Shown: in pieces, positions 11,854 through 24,894 of the stretch | Numbering within the stretch: position 1 is the stretch's first letter | Layout: every line of letters begins with the position of its first letter | Source of the DNA: Lama guanicoe | Taxonomy: Eukaryota | Length of the DNA: 64,000 nucleotides | Assembly: GCA_013239625.1 (NCBI GenBank) | Contig: MU054187.1 | Coordinates: 21,331,280-21,395,279, forward strand | Reading direction: 5' to 3' | Program-made: the position numbers and the translations under genes | Notes under the pieces: model-generated | Told to the model about the DNA's origin: nothing | Databases searched by the model: none | What the model saw: only the letters and a program-made list of their open reading frames with translations

Positions 11854-12776
11854 AAGAGACAGTTACTGCCACGTGCACGGTACGTGTGAGCACCAGGCTC
11901 TCTGCGGCGGTTGCAGGCTTCTCCCGGCCCTCCCTGGGCTCGCAGTTGAGCAGCGGAGACAGGGGGTTCAGAACGTCAACAGAATGAGACCAGCCAGTGA
12001 GCCGTAAATAAAATCAGTCTCTCTCACTGAGAACGGCACCGGGGGGAGCAGTGGGCCTCGTTCGTCTCCTCAGATCATCTGAGAAGGTCTCCCTGAAAAG
12101 ATGGTAATGACGTTGGGACTTGAAGGATGAGAAGGACTGGGCCACACGTGGTGCTGAGGGTGAGAATGTCCTTAGCATCCTCAGCATAAGGCTCCGAAGT
12201 TCTGACTGTCTTAAAGTGGTCAAGTCTGGCAGGTCCCAGAAGTTGTCAGAAGGCCAGTTATGGCAGCGAGTGGGAAGGATGGGGTTCAAATGAACCACTT
12301 GTAGTTGCCCCCCAAAAGTGATGCACTCTTGCCTCTTCTTTATTTGTGCTTATAATGATAAAAGGAGAATTATTATTACTCTTACCATTATTATAATTAG
12401 TATTACCTAGAAGGCTTCCTTGTTCCTGTGGCAAGGTCAGTTCTGGTCTTGTTTCAAATTCCTTTGGGAAACAGGGGTTGGGCACCCCTTCATATCCTCT
12501 CATCTCACCCCGTGGGTAACTCTGAAAACTGTCACATTCCAACGTGATGACTTGTTTCTCTTATTAGACCCAGTTCTTTATAGGCTTATACTGGGATTGA
12601 TTCGTCTTTAAATCAACAGTACCTAGCAGAGAACTTAGTATATGATTAGGACCTGATAAATGCTTAGGGGATACATTGATGCATGAATGAAGAATGGTCA
12701 CTATGCTGCTGCTACGTGGGGAAGCGGGGAAAATATTAAAAGAGTCAGGGAGCGGAGGGGAGGGGAGGGGAGAGAA

Positions 12777-12839
12777 NNNNNNNNNNNNNNNNNNNNNNNN
12801 NNNNNNNNNNNNNNNNNNNNNNNNNNNNNNNNNNNNNNN
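12777..12839. other. Assembly gap (63 N)
   Basis: Run of N directly after a (GGAGG)n purine tract. Confidence 1.
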
Positions 12840-14215
12840 TGCACTTGACTTCACATTCCAAGGTGAGGTGAGGGCTAGCACGTTCCTCTAGAGCAGAAAG
12901 AACGGGTGTGAGAGGATGAGCAACTCACCCAAACTGGCCCCTGAGTAAGTGGCGGAACCTGGCCGGCGGAAAAGTACGCGCCGGCCTTACTCTGAAGACT
13001 AGACTTAGGTGACACGCAGCACTTGCTCTGATGTGCCTGGACCTTCGCACTCCAGCCTACAGATGAGTCCTTGTTGCTGTGATTTGTTTAAACCTAATAC
13101 CTGTGTGCTCACGGGCAGTCAGTTTATTCAAATGTTAAATAAAATACTACCTCTTGAGCAACGCTTTCCAGGAGACTGTGTTAAGAAAACCTCACCGTCC
13201 TTGCTCAGACCTTCTTTCTCAGTTTTTCCTTTTCTTTTCTGTTTCCCTTTTGTTTTCTCTTTTCTTTCTTTCTTTTTTTTTATATAAATAACACTGTCCC
13301 TACCTGGCATTGTTATTCATTTGCCTGTTATTTTTTAGTGAGAGCAGAACCTTTATAGAGCCAATGAGTTGAGTGAGCCATAGCTTTTCCTTCTTCACAA
13401 AGTTTTCTCTGACAATAGAAATAGGAAGGGATATTTTTCTCCTTAGCCAATCAGTGCCCCTACCTAACGGCATGACCTTAATCTATTCAAACCTCTAATG
13501 ATAAATAATGAATTTCCATGCCCCACCCACTCAGAATGCTTTATTTTGAGTCGCTTGTAAGCTAGGAAAGTTGGGGGGATATTCTAAATCCATGAGGCTT
13601 ACTGTCTGTCAATATGGGGTCTCCATCTTGGCTGCCTTTTTGTTGGTCTCAGCTGCGTTTTACCTTAAACCTTTGCTGCCGACTAAAAGGGCACATGTTA
13701 ACACGTGGAATAAGGTGGAGCTGAGTGCCCTCCGTGCAAGTGCGAGATTGATGAGAAATACACTGAAGGCTGTCTGTCCCCCGAGCGCCGAAAATATAGT
13801 CCTGTTTTCTTGCTTGAGCCACCAGGGTGGACGGTGCTTCCTTGCAGGAATCCCTGCATATTCCTAATTCCAATTTCTGCAGAGCATTCAGGGCATTTCT
13901 ACAAATAGATTGCAAGTATAGGGCGAACTGCCACACACTCTTTTAAGAGGTTATTGCTTCTGAGATTCACATTTTAGTAGGGTGGTTTTCCATCTATTCT
14001 TATTCCCTACCTTAACTTCTTATCAATTTGAAATCCATTGATGTGACACACTCGGGATTTGTTACCAAGAGAAACTTAACTGTCAGGTTCCCTGTTCCCT
14101 TTTAGAGGATGAAGAATGCTCTGTAGCTTTTGCTTATTATACGTGATGGATGAAGGAAAACAGTGAATGCAACACATGCATAAAGGCAGGAAGGGAAATC
14201 TTGGAAAAGCCCTTT

Positions 14216-14233
14216 GGTGCCACCTTGTGGTAG
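14216..14233 (-). promoter_or_regulatory. Candidate CTCF motif
   Basis: Minus strand CTACCACAAGGTGGCACC fits core CCASYAGRKGGCRS with one mismatch, in unique sequence. Motif match only. Confidence 0.45.
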
Positions 14234-15179
14234 AGACTTGTAATTTTCAAAACTATTTTCGGACGTTGCCTTCCTGTCTACTTGGATACACGTTATCTCC
14301 TTAAAATCCAGCTCCCCCATTATCCTTGAAAAGGTGGGGGTTTTTTTATTATCAAGTAAATCAAAGGACGTCTCAGAAATTGATTTGGCTAACATTTAAC
14401 TTTTCAGCTAAAGTTTTCCTTCTTTCTCTCTCTCCTTTTTATTTTTCTTTAAATGTGAATTAAGGGGGAAGTCCTAGCTCACAAGCTTATTTAAGGATTT
14501 CCAATAAAAAGAACATTATCTTAGAACTAAATCGATCCCTCTCACTTGGGTTTCCATCTTGGTGCACAGCCTCGGGCTGGTGTACCTCTGCGGCTGAGAA
14601 AGACTGGAATGGAGAATATTTTTTGTTTTATGTTGTTTTAATTAAAAAACACAAGAATATGGCTTTAGAGCCTGGTATCATGCTTTGTATATAGAAAGTA
14701 ACTTAACATGAAGTTCTGAATAATTTAGTTGAATATTATTTATTCTAATTCTCCCTCGAAGGTAGCAATATATTGTAAGTGTTTCTATAGAGGAGTGGAG
14801 GGTCTTTCCACTGTATGTGCGTAAGTCAGGTGTGGCTGGCGGATGCTTCTAAATGTTGACCCAGCCCAACGTTGCTCGTCCTGGGACCTTCATACTTGGC
14901 CCTGGGGATTTGCACCATCCATAGGTGTCTTGTGATAATGAACTTTTTCCAGAAGATTATTAAGAACCTAGTCATTAAAGAGAATACTATAAATATATAT
15001 ATATATGTTTAAGGCCATTATCGGGGGAAACCAGTGTGGTGTAGTGGAAAGATTTGGAGTCATAGAATTGAATTCTAATTCTGTTCCTAACTGTATTAAT
15101 AACTTATCAGCATTTTATTCCAGTGATAATTTCTTATGTAAACTGAGAAAATAATGCTTTCCTTCTGGAAAAGGTATAT

Positions 15180-15252
15180 TTGTGTGTGCACGTGTGTGCG
15201 TGGACGTGTGTGTGTGCGTGTGCGTGGACACGTGTGTGTGGTGTGTTGGTGT
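15180..15252 (+). repeat. Imperfect (TG)n/(CG) alternating purine-pyrimidine tract
   Basis: tgtgtgtgcacgtgtgtgcgtggacgtgtgtgtgtgcgtgtgcgtggacacgtgtgtgtg. Confidence 0.95.
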
Positions 15253-15400
15253 GTTCTAGCACCTCCTTACTCTCTGATGCTACAAGGTGTTCCCGCCCCA
15301 CACTATTTCCTGCCCCAGTCCCAGAATCAGCCATTTCTCCAGGGAGCTCACTAGAAATGCAGGTTGTGGGCATGAGGTGTCTCGTTCCTCCTGGTGTGTC
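15253..15400 (-). mobile_element. Old L1 3' fragment (L1MC-like)
   Basis: 'tttcctgccccagtcccagaatcagccatttctccagggagc' matches an L1MC 3'-end block. Confidence 0.65.
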
Positions 15401-15693
15401 AGTTCTTTTAAGCATTTGGATCTAAACACCCACACTCCTGGTGTTATTTTATCGGTTTATCCTACCTTGCAGAAACCTAAAAGGGGTATTTTCAGAGGAG
15501 ACCATTGAGTCCTTTTTGGAAATATTTTGTTCACATAGGGTTTTCCAGTTGGTGAATTGCAGTTTAATGTGTAGAAAGTGTCATTAACAGTCTTGAAGTT
15601 ATTATGTACATCAGAGAAGTAAAGTGATTATTTTTATAAAAAGTAATGCTGACATACACTTTTTTCCTGCTTTGCCAACGCTATTTTTTCTGC

Positions 15694-15805
15694 TAGGGTG
15701 ACAGTGTCCCATTTTCCTGGGACTCAGGGAATTCCCAGAATGTGATACTTTGAATTTTAAACCTGGGAAAAGTCCTGAGCAAGTACCCATTAGATGGCCA
15801 CCCCG
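15694..15805. mobile_element. hAT-Blackjack MITE (MER81-like)
   Basis: TIR-like ends tagggtgac...ggccacccc, with 'gtcccattttcctgggact'. Confidence 0.6.
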
Positions 15806-15890
15806 TCCACTGCTCTTACAACCATTACAATTAGGCGTTTGTACTACTAGAGAGACTTAGGTCTGTGTATTTATATGTGTGTATGTGTAA

Positions 15891-15928
15891 ACACACACAC
15901 GCACACACACATACACACATACACACAC
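15891..15928 (+). repeat. Imperfect (CA)n microsatellite
   Basis: acacacacacgcacacacacatacacacatacacacac. Confidence 0.95.
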
Positions 15929-16623
15929 GACAGTTGAGATTTTATCTGAATATTTTCATCACGTCATTCCTTGCTTAATGCCTGGCACTCAATAAATATT
16001 TGTAAACTAAATGAGGGATTGATTATACAAATCCATAACACATTAAATTAATGCAATAATTACGTGGTCAAACATGCTGTTAAGTATTTGCATATTTCAT
16101 TTCTGTTTTTAGACATATTTTTCACCCCTTCTCTCTTTATCGTAGCTCATCAATCCTTGTTTTCTCTAGACTGCAGGTAGGTTGTGATGTTGGGGATAGT
16201 CTGGAAGCTTTATCATCACAGTCATGTCTGTAGTGAATGCATATCTCCAAGGACACAAAGCGTTTTGATCCTGATGGACAAGATATGGGATTTGATTTGT
16301 GAGCTTGAAAGCTTTTTCCTAGGTTTTTGATTATCTGTCTCTCTTATTTTTTTTAATAAATTCACTATTCTTATTTTTTGTAATTTTTCACTTGTGTGTT
16401 TGTCGTACTCATGCGAGCTCTTTCGTAGCAATGCTGTTAGCCTGCTTTCTAACACATGCTGCACTTTTTCCTCTCAGATTCTGGTTTGTTGTGTTCGTCA
16501 CGTAGAAGATTTCTATTTGGAGAATTTCTGTTTGTGGCTAGTGGTCGAATGTCTGCATCATTTCTTGATGATTTCTGGCGCTGGTGTCATTTGTGAGACT
16601 TAAAAAAATGTTATTTGTTACAG

Positions 16624-16862
16624 AATCAGCATCACAGGGGGCGCCTAGGACTGTCTGTGAGGAACCCAGGTGTGAACACCTGGCCATGTCAGTTGCCAGG
16701 ATGGCCGGCGTCACAAAACCACAGCAGAAAAGCGTAGTCTCGATGGCAAAGTCTCGCGTGGGCAGGCTGGTCAGCAGTCGTCTGCATGGTGCTGATCTGA
16801 ACCAGAACACGATCACTGATGCACAGCCCATAAGCAGCCACGACCTGCTTTGCGAAGTAACC
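16624..16862 (+). CDS. Candidate coding exon (239 nt, phase 1-0) of an unidentified gene: (E)SASQGAPRTVCEEPRCEHLAMSVARMAGVTKPQQKSVVSMAKSRVGRLVSSRLHGADLNQNTITDAQPISSHDLLCEVT
   Basis: Sharp GC- and CpG-rich segment (about 11 CpG) in AT-rich flanks. Acceptor ttatttgttacAG; donors ACC|gtgaga (16863) or GAA|gtaacc (16857). Open frame within ORF 16584-16955, with in-frame ATGs in good Kozak context (gccATGt, aggATGg). Confidence 0.6.
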
Positions 16863-17779
16863 GTGAGAAAGGAAATAGGTCCCCCCGATACTTTACTCCA
16901 GAAGGGAAAGATACGCGGACTCTCAAAATTAAGAGGCTTCCATGTTTCTTTTTGAGAGAATATGATTCTTTTATTTGAAGTACCACATTTTCTTTTCACT
17001 TTATTACAGAACATAAAAACATTTGGAAAATGTACATCTCTGTCTTACTTGGGAGTCCCGCTTTGTGTGGCTCGGTGTAAAAGAGAAAATTACGAAAGTC
17101 ATTTAAATGTACTCTGAATAACAAACAAGGGATAAAAAGAATAAGACAGCTTCCCTTCAACATACGTGGACCAGTGTCGCTAATGTAACTTTAAAATGCA
17201 TCCTTCTGGGTCCATAGTGACACTGTACAAAGGAAAAGATTGTCACTGCATGTGAATTGCTTGTATTTCCTGGTAAATATAAGTTAGTTATGCTAGTAAA
17301 ATGTACTGTGCAAAATGGATTATGCTCATTCTTTCCTGTGAAGGCGGTTGCAAAGTGTGTTTCCTTGTGATCCAAGCTCGTGGGGCACAGCAGTCTTGAA
17401 AAGATCAGGGGCTTGTGAATTACTTTAGGTCAAGAAGTTAACCAAATGCTGCAAAATACAGAATATCCAAGTAAACACAGAATTTCAACATAAAAGATTT
17501 AAAATGGAAAGAATTATGCCCCTCTTATAGAATTATTGTCAGAAACTCCAAAGCTCCTTTTTGCATAAGGACTAAAAATGAATCCTTTAAAAAAATCAAT
17601 TTTAGCACAGTAAATTCTTAGCTGGAAACCGAGTGGAAACATAAAAGGTATACTTTGTTAAAAATATACATCCCTAATATTTTTACTGTATCCTGATCCT
17701 TTCAAGGAATAATTGATTCTAAATATAATCAGTAAATGTTGGCAGAAATCTCATGTGATATTTTCCTGAATTTTAATGA

Positions 17780-17990
17780 TAATAATCATGATACCAATCG
17801 TTAGCATCTACTAAATACTTGCAAGTGTAAGACGCGGACTCTTAGGAATCTTGCATGTAGTAACTATTGAATCCTCATAGAAAGTTTATAAGGAGATTCT
17901 ATTAATGCTCTCATTTTAGACAAGGAAATTTACACACAGAAAGGCTGGACCTCTGAGGTCCCACGGTAACTGGATAGACTGAAGTGCAAT
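17780..17990 (-). mobile_element. MIR fragment
   Basis: 'ttgaatcctcatagaaag...ctcattttagacaaggaaat'. Confidence 0.55.
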
Positions 17991-18659
17991 GTAGATAGTT
18001 GGTAACTGGTCCCAATAAACTAAACTATGTAATTATATCTCATTAGGCTGAGAAAAGAATAAGAAAAGAGAGACGTATAACCCAGCCAGAGCAATGCAAA
18101 AAAAAAAAATCATAAAAATATCTTCCTGGCATGTCAGTCACCGTGACTTCTGAATCATTGAGGCTGCATTTTAATGCCCAGAGGCACTTCCTAGAGCGGT
18201 CATTTCTTTCTTGTTTTTTTAGAGCGATCATTTCTTAAGTACTGAATCACTGGATGTGAAACTACTATTAAAAGTAGGTCTGCAGGGCTGTACTAGTTGT
18301 TAGTTGGCCCGGGTGGGGGATGGTTGCCGGCACTCTCAGGTGGGCTTTTTGCAGGCTGGAGTGCGCAGGTTTGGTTTCCAGTGCCTGCCAGCAGGGAGAA
18401 CGAATGCCTTGTTGAGAAAAGCAGGGAACTTGCTGACGATCTATCTCAAAATAAGGTGGAGGGTTCTGCCTGACTAAAAAGGGCAAGAAGAAACCCAAGT
18501 GTAAATACGAAAATATGACTAGCATCAGGCAAACGGTATCCATTAAACTGCAGTGCTAGTGCATTTGCGAGCAGGTTAGGCAAGGCTTTGAGCCCCTGCG
18601 TATCTTTGCCAATAACTGCAGAAGAATCGTGAAGCGGAAGTAGTGAGGCCATAATGCGA

Positions 18660-18880
18660 TAATGACGGTAATGCTAAGTTAGAATCTACCAACACGTCCC
18701 ATGTGCATGTCACTGAGCAAGTATGATGCCGTATTATTTAATTTAGCAGCTGGTGTCTCCTCCATCTTGCAACTGAGGATTCTGAGACTTGGACAAATTA
18801 CGTGATCTGCTGCAGCTCAAAGTGATGGGCAAAGCGAAGATGCAGATGCAGATGCAGTTCCGGCCGGCCTCAGGGCTCTC
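18660..18880 (-). mobile_element. MIR fragment
   Basis: 'ctccatcttgcaactgaggattctgagacttggac...gtgatctgctgcagctca'. Confidence 0.5.
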
Positions 18881-19007
18881 GGTTGACAGCAGTGTTTGTC
18901 AAAGCTACTGGGCACACCCGCCACCTGGGGAGCCTGTTCCAGAGCAGAGGCTGATACAGAAGGGCTGTGTTTCTAAAACCTTTCAGGCGGTGTCTATGCT
19001 TCTGGCC

Positions 19008-19165
19008 AGAGCCGGCTAGGTAATTTGCAGGACCCAATGCAGAATGAAAATATGGGACCCCTGGTTAATCATTTCTGAACTGCTGAGCATTAAATCAAGT
19101 GCAGATCCTTCTGAGAATGGGGCCCTGTGATGCAACCCCCACACCATGAGGGCTGTGGAAACTGA
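19008..19165 (+). mobile_element. MER45A-like hAT-Tip100 MITE
   Basis: 'cagagccggctaggtaatttgcaggacccaatgcagaatgaaaatatgggacccct...ggggccctgtg'. Confidence 0.7.
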
Positions 19166-20308
19166 CATGACGTCCGCTGCCTTGTCCATGCCTAGCTAGT
19201 GTTCTTAGTAAACCCTGGCGGTGGTGGGATGCCATTAAATATCTTTGATACATGAATGTTCCTTTCATGTTAACTATGCATTGTAAAGAATTGATTTCCG
19301 TGCTTCTCTGTCACAGGAGAATTTCTCAAGTTCGTGCACCCACTGTGTGTTCGGCACGTAGACACTTGATCTAATTTAGATTCTCCTTTCGAATATTTTG
19401 TGGAAGTTTTCCTAAAATGGATTATCACTTTTTTGCTATCTGCTCTTTTTACTAAACTGAGCTTAGTTTACTAATTTAACTAGTGCCTGAAAACTCATTC
19501 CAGAATCTTTCTGTCCTATCAGCTCATGTTTCCCAACTCTGTGAGATTTAAACAGCACCCCCCTTTACCTGTTACCGTGTTAAAAATTATGAAAAATAAA
19601 AAGAGAAAAAGGAAAACCAATGTCTTAGTGCTTAGCATGAGCTTTAGCACATAATAAGGAGTCAGTGTTGGCATGAATTTATGTACTACCTTCTTCTGGA
19701 AAAGAATTACAACTCCTTACTCTCTCAATAAAAGTTTTCTAGAGTCAAATTAAGTTTGATTAGTCAGTTTCAGATAACCCACTACAATTCTAAGTCTGTT
19801 GGTTCTATGAGAACTTGACTATAGAAATTTTTGAAAGAACAAAAACAATTTCAACACTGAAAAACCTTTTTCTAATTACTTCAACATTGGCTGCATTGAG
19901 ACTCGGGCTGGCGGTAACCCCAAGGATGCAGAGAGAGGCTAGGCTGGAAAGGCGGGTTCTAAATTCCAAGCCCCTCTCTGAGGAGTGGCTGTTGTGGATG
20001 TGGGTAATGTCAGCCCTGTGTGGATTCCTAAATCCTTAATGTGGTCCTTCAACCAGTATTTTCAAGTCTTTCTTCTGTGAAATTAATTTACTTTGACCTC
20101 TTAGCAAAGGCTTAGCTGTAGCATTTTATTGAAGAGGCTGTGTTTGTATAATTCTTTTTAATAACGTGAACAGATTAAAATGAGTTAAAACCTGAAATGT
20201 ATGGGATTAATCAGGAAAAGCCACGGCAGTGTTGTTGCATCAGTAATAAAACTGTGGAGGGAACAATTCAAGGCAAAGGTAGTAGAGAGTGAAAACTGGA
20301 CCTATGCT

Positions 20309-20455
20309 GGGGGGAGGGTGTAGCTCAGTGGTGGAGCGCGTGCCTAGCATGTGCGAGGTCCTGGGTTCAATCCCCAATGCTGCCCTTAAAACAAAGGAAC
20401 AAATAAATAGACCAGATTACCTCCCCCAGCCAAAAAAAAAAAAATTTAAATAAAT
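20309..20455 (+). mobile_element. tRNA-derived SINE (Vic-1-like) with TSD
   Basis: GGGGGGAGGGTGTAGCTCAGTGG...GGTTCAATCCCC...polyA; flanks aaactggacctatgct / aaatggactatgct. Confidence 0.92.
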
Positions 20456-20827
20456 AAATGGACTATGCTGCTATAAGAATGAGAGGAAAGATGTGTTTGA
20501 TGCCCCAAAGCAGAGAGAACAGTGGATGGTAAAACCCAGAAAGGAGTGAGCGAAAGCTCACCCCAAATTGTATTTCAGCATGAAGGGCTTGTTCAGAAAT
20601 CGTTCTAGGAAGAATATAGAAGTGTTTGCTTTATTGGTAGTGTCAGATAAATCTCTAGAGTGATTTTCTTCCAGCTCAGAATTCAGTCTCAGACATGAAC
20701 ATTCATTATGTCCTGGGATTCGGTATTCAGAGCCAGAATATGGTCCAGGTATTGAAAAATGTTAGAACCCAATGGGGGCCATTGGACTACGAGTAGGTTT
20801 TGACAGAGTTGACCGAAATTTCCTAGA

Positions 20828-20838
20828 AAAATGGCGGC
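20828..20838 (+). promoter_or_regulatory. YY1 consensus motif
   Basis: AAAATGGCGGC in non-repeat sequence. Motif match only. Confidence 0.35.
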
Positions 20839-23189
20839 CACAAATGTGAAGAGAAAAATTCCCTTCAGGCTAATGCGTCCAGGGGACCAGGTCATGTGCT
20901 CAAAATTTCATATGTATTAGTATAATTCTGAAAAGAAGTCCCTTTACAGGCCATAAAAAGAAATCCCTAATTTCCTTACTGTTGTGTGGGAAGGATCCGA
21001 GCACCAGCGTGGGACATAAACTCTGCCAACATAAAGTCCTGTGGGTCATGAAAAGCTCAGGTAGGAAATGATGGAAAATAAAGGAAGCAAAAATAATTTT
21101 TAGTTTGAAAACTAGACATATTCATGTTTCAAGGTGTAAGAGTTGGGGTATGCATCCCCAGTTGTTACCTGTATGGAAAAAAAATATTAGAAGATTGATT
21201 TATTAGTGACAAATCTGAAGTCTTGTAAAAAGTAAGAATTAGACAGACTCTGTATCTTTAAGAGATAACCTTGCAAATTTTTAAGTGAATGTTTCTTTTG
21301 AAGGCATTGCACCTCCAGAGCGCTTAAAAATTCAAGATACATATTGCTAACTAAACGTTCGTTATAATGATAATGTGCACAGTTCTCAAAAACAAATGAA
21401 AATAATGGCAAGTCTAACGGAAATTTAAATTTGGCCCTGATTATAAGAACTTGCTCTTAATTTTATTCCATTTTTCAAATATTAGGTCAGTTCCATTCCT
21501 CAACTGTGACACGCTATTAGATTTTTACTGTTTAAACCTTCAATGTGAACAGGTTATTCGTTAGGGAAAGGATGAATGAATCCAATTAAATATTAGTCTA
21601 AAAGCATGAAACATTATTTTGATCTAACTGACCACGTGAAATAATAATTACTACCCAGATTCAGTTTGAAAAGGTTTTCCTTGCTAAGTACAGGGTGCAG
21701 AGTGGCCAGGATAGACGTGTTTATGAAATTAGTGAATCTCCCAATTAGTAGTTTGAAAAAAATTTTACCCCTGAAGTCTCCCTATTGCCTGGTATTATGT
21801 CCAATCACCAACAGTAGCAGAACTCAGTTTATATTCTCTTTACACTGAGATCACTGCTGACCTTGATAAAAGCTCTTGGGAGAAAATCCTCAGTTGGAGA
21901 GCATTAAGGAGAGAGTTCAAGGTGAGGATATGGAGTCAACGATTTCAAACAGCTCTTTGAAGGATTTCTTTGTCGTTTACTAAGTTAGAGGACACGTGAG
22001 GGCCGAAAAGAAGGTAATGCTGAGCACACTGACATGTCGCTGCCTGTGGGGATTCCAGGCTGTGCCACCAGGCAGTTCCGCGCACGGGCCTGCGCTGTGT
22101 GAATTCTGCCTGGCTTTCCCTGCTGAAGAAAAGGAAATTGACGCCTTCTCTCCCGCTGTTGTAATATTAGCCTTTGGCCACACGATGGCGGTCTTTCTTC
22201 ACATTTCCTCATGCTGTTTTTCTTCAAAGAAAATCCATCCAGGTAAATTCCAGATGTAAGCAAGGACATGTACCAGAATAGACCGCTGAAAATGTTAGGT
22301 TTCGTTTGACAAGGCAGATTAATTCGAGTATTCACAATCAGCCGTAGATTATTTCAGATGAAATTTGAGGTTACTGACAAATACTAATTCAAGAACATGA
22401 ATTTTAATAATTCTTAAAAGATACAAAAAGCATAAATATATAACTGCTTGAGAAAAGAATGCTGTTTCATAGTGATTGATTTAGTAGAAACTTTGTTAAT
22501 TTGAATCAAATTGGAAATTTATTAAAATCAGTTTGAGTGATTATCCACAAGCATATTATCAAGCTACATTCCATTGTGTGTATATTTCTGCTGAGGAATA
22601 TATATTCCCAGAGGTGATGATCTTTGACCTTCGATTAGTAATATTTTAGAATAGAGTAACAATAATGGCAACTGGGTTGGCAGAGCGTCTTACAGCTGCT
22701 GTGTGTTCATGGGCTTTATTTCATGTGATGCTGCAGGGCCAATCAAATCCCTATTCCAGAGAAAATTTTAAAACCTATCAAATTCTGGACAAAGCAAAAT
22801 TGGTACCATTACCACCTTTCATCTTAACATATTTATACCGGCCTTGGTATACCCTTGTGTTTTGACAATGTAGCTTTAATTTGATACCCTAAGTAGTTAT
22901 AGTGTTTTAAAATTATTGGAGCAGTAGAAGGATGTGGGTTTTTGTCATTTGTAGGCTGGTGAATGACCTGAAAAAAGCTTCTAAAATCTTAAATGTAGCA
23001 CCTTCCCCTAGTTCAAAGACTCCCGTTTTCCCATTAGGTGTTTTGGAATGATTTCCTCCTAGGTTGTGATAATTTTCCAGTTCTCCATTCAGAATCTGAG
23101 TCCCTGAAATTTCTCTCCATGGATGATGTCTTGGTGTTGAGTCACTGTTTGTAGGAAGCCTCGGTGATAGTACATTCATTCTTAACCTC

Positions 23190-24250
23190 AGTGTCCCCTA
23201 AAGTCCTTCCCACTGCTCTCCACAAAGAACTCTTACTGAGCTCACCAGAGGTGGCCAGGTTTATGAATCAATGGATAATTTCCGATTTTTATCTCTTAGG
23301 GTTCTTCACTGATACACATAACATATGTGTCTTCCTGTAAAACTGTGTTCTCCTATTTCCTGGTACATTTCTGCCCACTCTTTCTCAGTTTCTTTTTTGT
23401 CCTTTGCTTCTGACTCTATATTCTGATAAATTCCAGATTTCTTTCTCTAGCTCAGACCTCTTCTCTAAGCTCAAATCTTGTGGCTGAAAGTGAATTCTTG
23501 TTTTTTTTTTCACTTTCCCAGCACAGTGAATGGCACAGTCATCCACCCTTACTTGTTAGATGGATAGAAACCTGAAGGTTTCTATCTTTGATTTCCTCTT
23601 CTCCTTTAACACCCATATCCAATTCCGTTCATTAACAGATGTTATCAAATTTATTTCATATTATGCCCTCCCCCTCAATTAACTTCTTTTTATCTCTGTG
23701 GCCATCAGTGGACCCAGGCCATCACTTCCTGCTCAGACTTTTGGATTAGCCTTCCCATTGGTGTGGTAAATTTCTCTCTTGTCCCTCTTTCAATCCATTC
23801 TCTAGAACCTCAGAGTAATCTTGTAAAAATATAAATGAACATAATGTTACTGATTGTGTAAAAGCAGTGATGTATTACTGAATATAGGATAAAATTCTGT
23901 TATCCTGTTGGTATGATTTGAGTGGTACTTAGCGCTCCTCCTTTACTGAGTCACCCTTCCCTCTTCTCGTCATTCTGCAGTCACCAGCCTTCATGCCTCC
24001 TCTCCGCTCACTGGGCATCTTCTTCCTGCACAAGATGCATGAGGATGCATTTCCCATGTCTTGTCTCATCTTTCAAGTTACAAATTAAGTAATACGTACT
24101 TAGAATAGCCTTCCTGACTACCCTATCCTGTTATGATCTCCATAGACATTGTTCTCTTTATGGTGCTTCCCCGTTTGGGTGCTTTTGTTTGTCTTCATCA
24201 CTTATAAGCACCTTTGAAGATAGACCAACTTCTTTTGGTTTGCCAATGCA
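23190..24250 (+). mobile_element. LINE-2 fragment
   Basis: 'ctagctcagacctcttctctaagctc', 'cagtgaatggcacagtcatccacc' and 'caatccattctctag'. Confidence 0.75.
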
Positions 24251-24894
24251 AAATTTTTAAAAATTAAAAAAATTGAATCTCAAATAGCAGGTGGTTTGTT
24301 AATAGCCACTAAAAGAGTGAATATATATATTTTATATCAGCCCACACGGCAGTTACATTCTGAAGAAATCACCATGGAAAGTGACAAGCAAGATCATGGC
24401 ATTTTATTGACACGTGTGTTGGGACAGAGTGCTGACGGGGAGGATCATCTGGCTAGGGTGCTTCTTCAAAAAAAAAAAAAAAGAAGAAGAAGAAAGAAGA
24501 AAGAAAAATAGGGGTAGAAAAGAAAGGGGTAGAAAATAGGGGTAGAAAAGAAAGAAATATTTTGTATGAGACTCACAATCTCAGATTGAAATATCAGTGA
24601 AGGGAAATGACATGAGAGCTTCGGCATGAACATTTTGGTTAAAATAGAAAACCAAAAATATTATTGCTGAAAGATCTCGTTTCAATGGTCTGGACAATAA
24701 GAAAAACATGGAAACTAATTTTCATAAATAAACCATGTAACTGGCATATATACAATTGCAATTGTAAATATCTCAACTGTCTGGATTCCTGATTGATTCA
24801 GCGAAAAAGCAGAGCATCTGATTATGTCTAGGATGCTGACTCGAAATTATAATACAATGGAGGTGACTGCAGAGAGAATCTAACCTGTTACTGG

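Noticed and set aside
12564..12891. ORFs spanning the N run
   Set aside because: Artefact of the assembly gap.
16538..17014. 158-aa minus-strand ORF
   Set aside because: Antisense shadow of the GC-rich + strand exon candidate; the splice signals favour the + strand.
20309..20385. tRNA-like sequence with A and B boxes (also at 2267, 11720, 25296, 49565, 53531)
   Set aside because: Each is followed by the same AT-rich body and A-rich tail, several with TSDs; they are SINE heads, not tRNA genes.
24503..24556. Short repeated units gaaaataggggta / gaaaagaaaggggta
   Set aside because: Slippage-type tandem repeat in a purine tail; no unique spacers, not CRISPR-like.
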